DNA from: the human T2T-CHM13v2.0 reference genome, Homo sapiens
DNA: 64,000 nucleotides
Assembly (NCBI RefSeq): GCF_009914755.1
Contig: NC_060939.1
Reading direction: 5' to 3' (one strand)
Under the pieces are notes generated by a model. It worked only from the letters and a program-made list of their open reading frames with translations, had not been told where the DNA came from and searched no databases. Every line of letters begins with the position of its first letter. The stretch's first letter is position 1. Both the position numbers and the translations under genes were made by a program. Shown here in pieces: positions 58,818-64,000 of the stretch.

Positions 58818-59344
58818 ATGACACTTTTACTGCACTATAGAAATATTCATGTATGTTAAACTTTTCTGATTGAGGCTAACTGGAAAAAGCTGGGGTCGTA
58901 TTCTAAGTGCTAAAGAAGGCTGCTTCTACTGTATAGAACCCAGGGCTCTGAAACAGCTCTAGCCGCCTAATGCACTTCACAGGTAACTCCCCAAGGTAAA
59001 ACTAGACTCTCTTGTTGGTTCGCAAAGAAAAGTTAGGACTTAACACTTTTTTCTAAAATTTTATAATTCAATTTCCAAAAGTCTACTCTATTTTATACTG
59101 TTTCTACAAAATATTCCTTATAAAAACAAAGAACAAAAATTGAATATTTAATGAATTGACATTTTATAACCAACCTGTTTTTATCTACGGTGGGAATCTT
59201 TGATGCCAGAAATTTATAAAGAGGTTCTGTATCTTCACACCTTGAATAAGCATAATACCATAAAAAATGACACTTGACATGTCAATGTATTTGTCATTTC
59301 ATTTTAAACTCGTATTTGTGGTTTTTTTCCCAGATAAAAATGAA

Positions 59345-59350
59345 ATTAAA
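59345..59350 (+). promoter_or_regulatory. Candidate distal polyadenylation signal ATTAAA
   Basis: Upstream TGTA at 59286 and a downstream U/GU-rich element (tgttttatcatctttttt). Confidence 0.6.
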
Positions 59351-59438
59351 CCATTTCTTTTTAAGAAATCATGTTTTATCATCTTTTTGGAGAGTTCTTT
59401 GTCTCATAATACTTATAATATTTTTTTTTTTAAATAAA

Positions 59439-59699
59439 GGTCAGGCACAGTGGCTTATGACCGTAATCTCAGCACATTGTGAGCCTAAGAGTTCAAGACC
59501 AGCCTGGGCAACGTAGCAAGACCTCATCTCTACAAAAAATTTAGCACGCACCTGTGATCTCTGCTGCTTAGGAGCTGAGGTGGGAGGACTGCCTGAGCCC
59601 AGGAGTTCAGTGCTGCAGTGAGCTATGATCATGCCACTATACTCCAGCCTCGGCAGCAAAGCAAGACCCTGTCTCTAAATCATAAAGAAAAGAAAGAAT
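59439..59699 (+). mobile_element. AluJ with internal deletions, just past the poly(A) region
   Basis: Alu consensus. Confidence 0.85.
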
Positions 59700-60231
59700 A
59701 TTCCTTACTTTACAGAAAAGACTGGTAGTTAAATGACTTTTTCAAGGTCACACAGGGCCAGATGAGTATGTTGAGAAGTTCTCAGAATTAACCTTAGTTC
59801 ACTGCCTGGTACCTCTGAATGGGAATTGAGAGATAAGAGGCACACTGGAGAACTGACAGGGCTCTCAGAGATGGGTCCTGGGCACGAGGTGCCCATTCAG
59901 AGATGTCAGGGCACTGGAGGGCTGACAGGGCAAGCCCTTTGGAGTTTCTGTTTAAGGAAACAAAGGCTTTGTCCTGTGTTAAGATATTTGGCCTGAGATG
60001 GTAATTGTGGACTGAGCGGGGAAGACAGTTCTGTCCCCTCCCCAGGTGCAAAGAAAAAAGGAAACAAACCACACGAAGAACTCGACCATCTTGAGGCAGA
60101 GATAGCAGTGTGTGCAATATATGGAATTTGCATCACCAAGAGCTGGTAATAATTATCAAATAATCTGAAAGAGACTTTAAGATGAGTAGGCTTAACATGC
60201 TTAAACAGATAAGCGAAAAAGAAACTAAACC

Positions 60232-60541
60232 AGGCCAGGCTCAGTGGCTCATGCCTGTAATCCCAGCACTTTGGGAGGCCGAGGTGGGCGGATCACGAGG
60301 TCAGGAGATTGAGACCATCCTGGCCAACACGGTGAAACCCCATCTCTACTAAAAATAGAAAAAATTAGCCGGGCGTGATGGTGGGTTCCTGGAGTCCCCA
60401 GCTACTCGGGAGGCTAAGGCAGGAGAATGGCATCAACCCGGAAGGCAGAGCTTGCAGTGAGCCGAGATGGCGCCACTGCACTCCAGCCTGGGCGACAGAG
60501 CAAGACTCCGTCTCAAAAAAAAAAAAAAAAAAAAAAAAAAA
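60232..60541 (+). mobile_element. AluY/Sc
   Basis: gatcacgaggtcaggagattgagaccatcctggccaacacgg; long poly(A). Confidence 0.92.
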
Positions 60542-60995
60542 CACACAAAAACCTAAACCAAGACAGACAGTTTAAAAATAAAATAATAGATTTGACAAAA
60601 AAACATATTAATAGACATTCTAGAGATGATGACTATAGTCACTGAAACAGACAAAAAACTTCAATGTCTAGGTGTCACAGAAGACCAGACGTAACTAGAG
60701 GGAATTAGTAAATTGGAAGACAATGAAGGGACTCAATTAGAATACAGCACAGAGAGAAAAATGGAAAAGAAAATATGAGAGCAGAAAGAAACACTTCAAA
60801 ATATGTCCAATTAGGAGATCCAGAAGGGAGAGCAGGAAGAAGCACCATCTGGAGGAGTGCAGAGTCCTCCAGGATTTGATAGACGCAAGTCCGCAGATTT
60901 AAAGGCACAGCGAATCCTAGGCAATATGAATAAATCCATACAAGTGAAACTAGACCAGTGAGCACAAAGAGAAATACAAAGCTGAGAAAAAACAG

Positions 60996-61680
<685 letters not shown>

Positions 61681-61684
61681 TCAA

Positions 61685-62394
61685 ACTAGGTAGCTCAAAT
61701 CAATGTAAATTTATTGTCTTATGTTTCCTGGGACTGTAAGGCTGGAGGTCAAGGTGTCCACAGGGTTGGTTCCTTCTGTAGGCCCAGAGAGAAAAACCAT
61801 GCTGTGCTGCTGACATGTTCCTTAGCTAGCAGATGCATTGTCCCAATCTCTGCCTCCATCTTCACATTGCCTAATGTGGGACTTGTGTCCTCCCTTCTAT
61901 TTATAAAAACACTGGTCCATGCTAAATCCAGGCTGGTTTCACTTCAAAATCCTTAACTAATTACATCTGGAAGGACCCTATTTCCACATGAAGTCACATT
62001 TTGAGGTTTCAGGGGGACACTGTTCTACCCATGACAGATGGTGATACCACATTCTTGTTTGCTTACTCTGATGAAGCAAGCTGCCATATTGTGAGCTGCC
62101 TTGTGAGACACACATGGCAAGGAACTAATGTTAGCCTGCAGCTCACAACCAGCAAGGAACTGAATCCTCCCAGCAACCACGTGAGTAAGGTGGAAGTAGA
62201 TCCTGCCCTAGTCAAGTCTTTAGATGAGACCACTCTCCCAGGAGACACCTTGATTACAGCCTTACAAGAGAATCTGAGCCGGAGGGCCCAGCTAAGCTAC
62301 ACCTGGAATCCTGACTCACAGAAACTGAGATAACACATGTTTTAAGCCATTACATTTTAATGCAATTTGTTACACAGCAACAAATAACTAATGT
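61685..62394. mobile_element. Two MLT1 (MaLR) LTR fragments: antisense about 61685-62036, sense about 62050-62394
   Basis: ggtcaaggtgtccacagggttggttccttc, taattacatctg..gaccctatttcc; tttaagcca...tttgttacacagcaa...taactaat. Confidence 0.75.
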
Positions 62395-63147
62395 GTAAAC
62401 TGTAGAGCACTGAAAAAGACTGAAGCAGAGCTACAGATGTTGACGGGGAAAAATTAATAATATTGGATGAAAAGGCAAAATTGCACTAAGATGTAGTTTA
62501 TGTAAATTTTTTGAATACCCAAAACAATACACTAATGCTCATGTAAAAATAAATAGTAGGAACATTAAAATTCAAATATTCAGGAAGTTTACAAATACTG
62601 TGAACTGGCTTGTACAATACTGCCTAGCTTCCTGGTGAACACACAAAGTAGAGAGTGAAAAGCCTTTCTTCCAAACTCCTTTGCACCAAGGTTTTTATAT
62701 CTAATTTAGGTTCACTTGTCAGATGGCATTTGTCCAAGACTCTGATTTAGAACTGAGTCATAAATGGAAAAAAGCAAAGGTCCGCATTGGGGCATCAATT
62801 TTGAATGTCAGAAATGCCATTCTAGACCCAGCAGCTATAATGACAGCTTCCTGATTGTGGTAGAAACAAGGCTCTGGAGGCACGGCAATAACCATGGCAG
62901 CCCAGCCTGAGGTGTGATCTTAAGGAGACTTTCCAGGAAACACAGTCAAGGGTCTTATTTCTTCAGCTCTTGCACTGATAAATCCCTTCAGCTTAAACCA
63001 GCTAGAGGAGTTCTCCAGTCTCAAAATTAAGGACTCTGATCAAGACCAGAAGTATATACTCCAACTTGACAATGGCAGTTACCTATGGAGGCTGGGGAGG
63101 GGTCTGGTGCTGGGAAAACATTCAGAGGGAACTATGTGTATTTTCTA

Positions 63148-63712
<565 letters not shown>

Positions 63713-64000
63713 ATTTTAAGCAGAGAAAGTAGTACACAAAACAGAAGCCATATGAAAACACAATTAAAAAATCAACAATAAAAATCAAAATATTTTATGT
63801 GACAAATGACAATATGTCAAAAGCAAGGAAATGTTTATAATTCATTTTATAAAAGCTTACTTCCATAATACTGATTTTTAAAATTTTTATATGAGAAAAT
63901 GAACAGTACGGTAGAAAAAATTTAAAAATGTTATGAACAGAAAGTTTGTAGAAAAACAAAAGGTTCTTAAAGTTTATACTACACTGATAGTAATCAAATG

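Larger units (their letters stand above)
58130..59370 (+). other. PDE8A: PDE8A 3'UTR (AU-rich distal half)
   Basis: Repeat-free sequence after the stop; ends near ATTAAA at 59345-59350, followed by U-rich sequence. Confidence 0.75.

Overview
Primate (very likely human) genomic DNA. It holds the 3' two-thirds of PDE8A (high-affinity, IBMX-insensitive cAMP phosphodiesterase 8A) on the + strand. Seventeen coding exons (exons 6-22 in my numbering, about residues 183-829) splice with GT-AG boundaries and consistent phases into one open frame. That frame covers the end of the REC domain, the PAS domain, the linker with the PKA site (RRKGS) and Raf-1 docking motif (RRLSGNEYVLST), and the catalytic domain. 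The stop is TAG at 58127-58129, followed by a ~1.25 kb 3'UTR. Introns are rich in Alu (about 29 copies), L1, L2, MIR, MER5A and LTR (MLT2A, MST, MLT1) relics. There are no prokaryotic features, and nearly all ORF-track entries are spurious. The most interesting observations are: (1) inverted Alus bracketing exons 14-15, whose 214-nt circle carries a 69-codon ORF containing the Raf-1 docking motif; (2) a ~92%-identical non-Alu inverted repeat in intron 20 with several A.C mismatches; (3) a ~200-bp templated insertion inside an Alu, copied from 700 bp downstream; (4) a candidate poison exon with twin donors next to inverted Alus; (5) an antisense MLT2A LTR with DUX-like motifs and an intact splice donor; (6) several AG|GT re-splicing motifs at exon edges. 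Exon and residue numbering and all literature statements are from memory and were not checked. Repeat boundaries are approximate.
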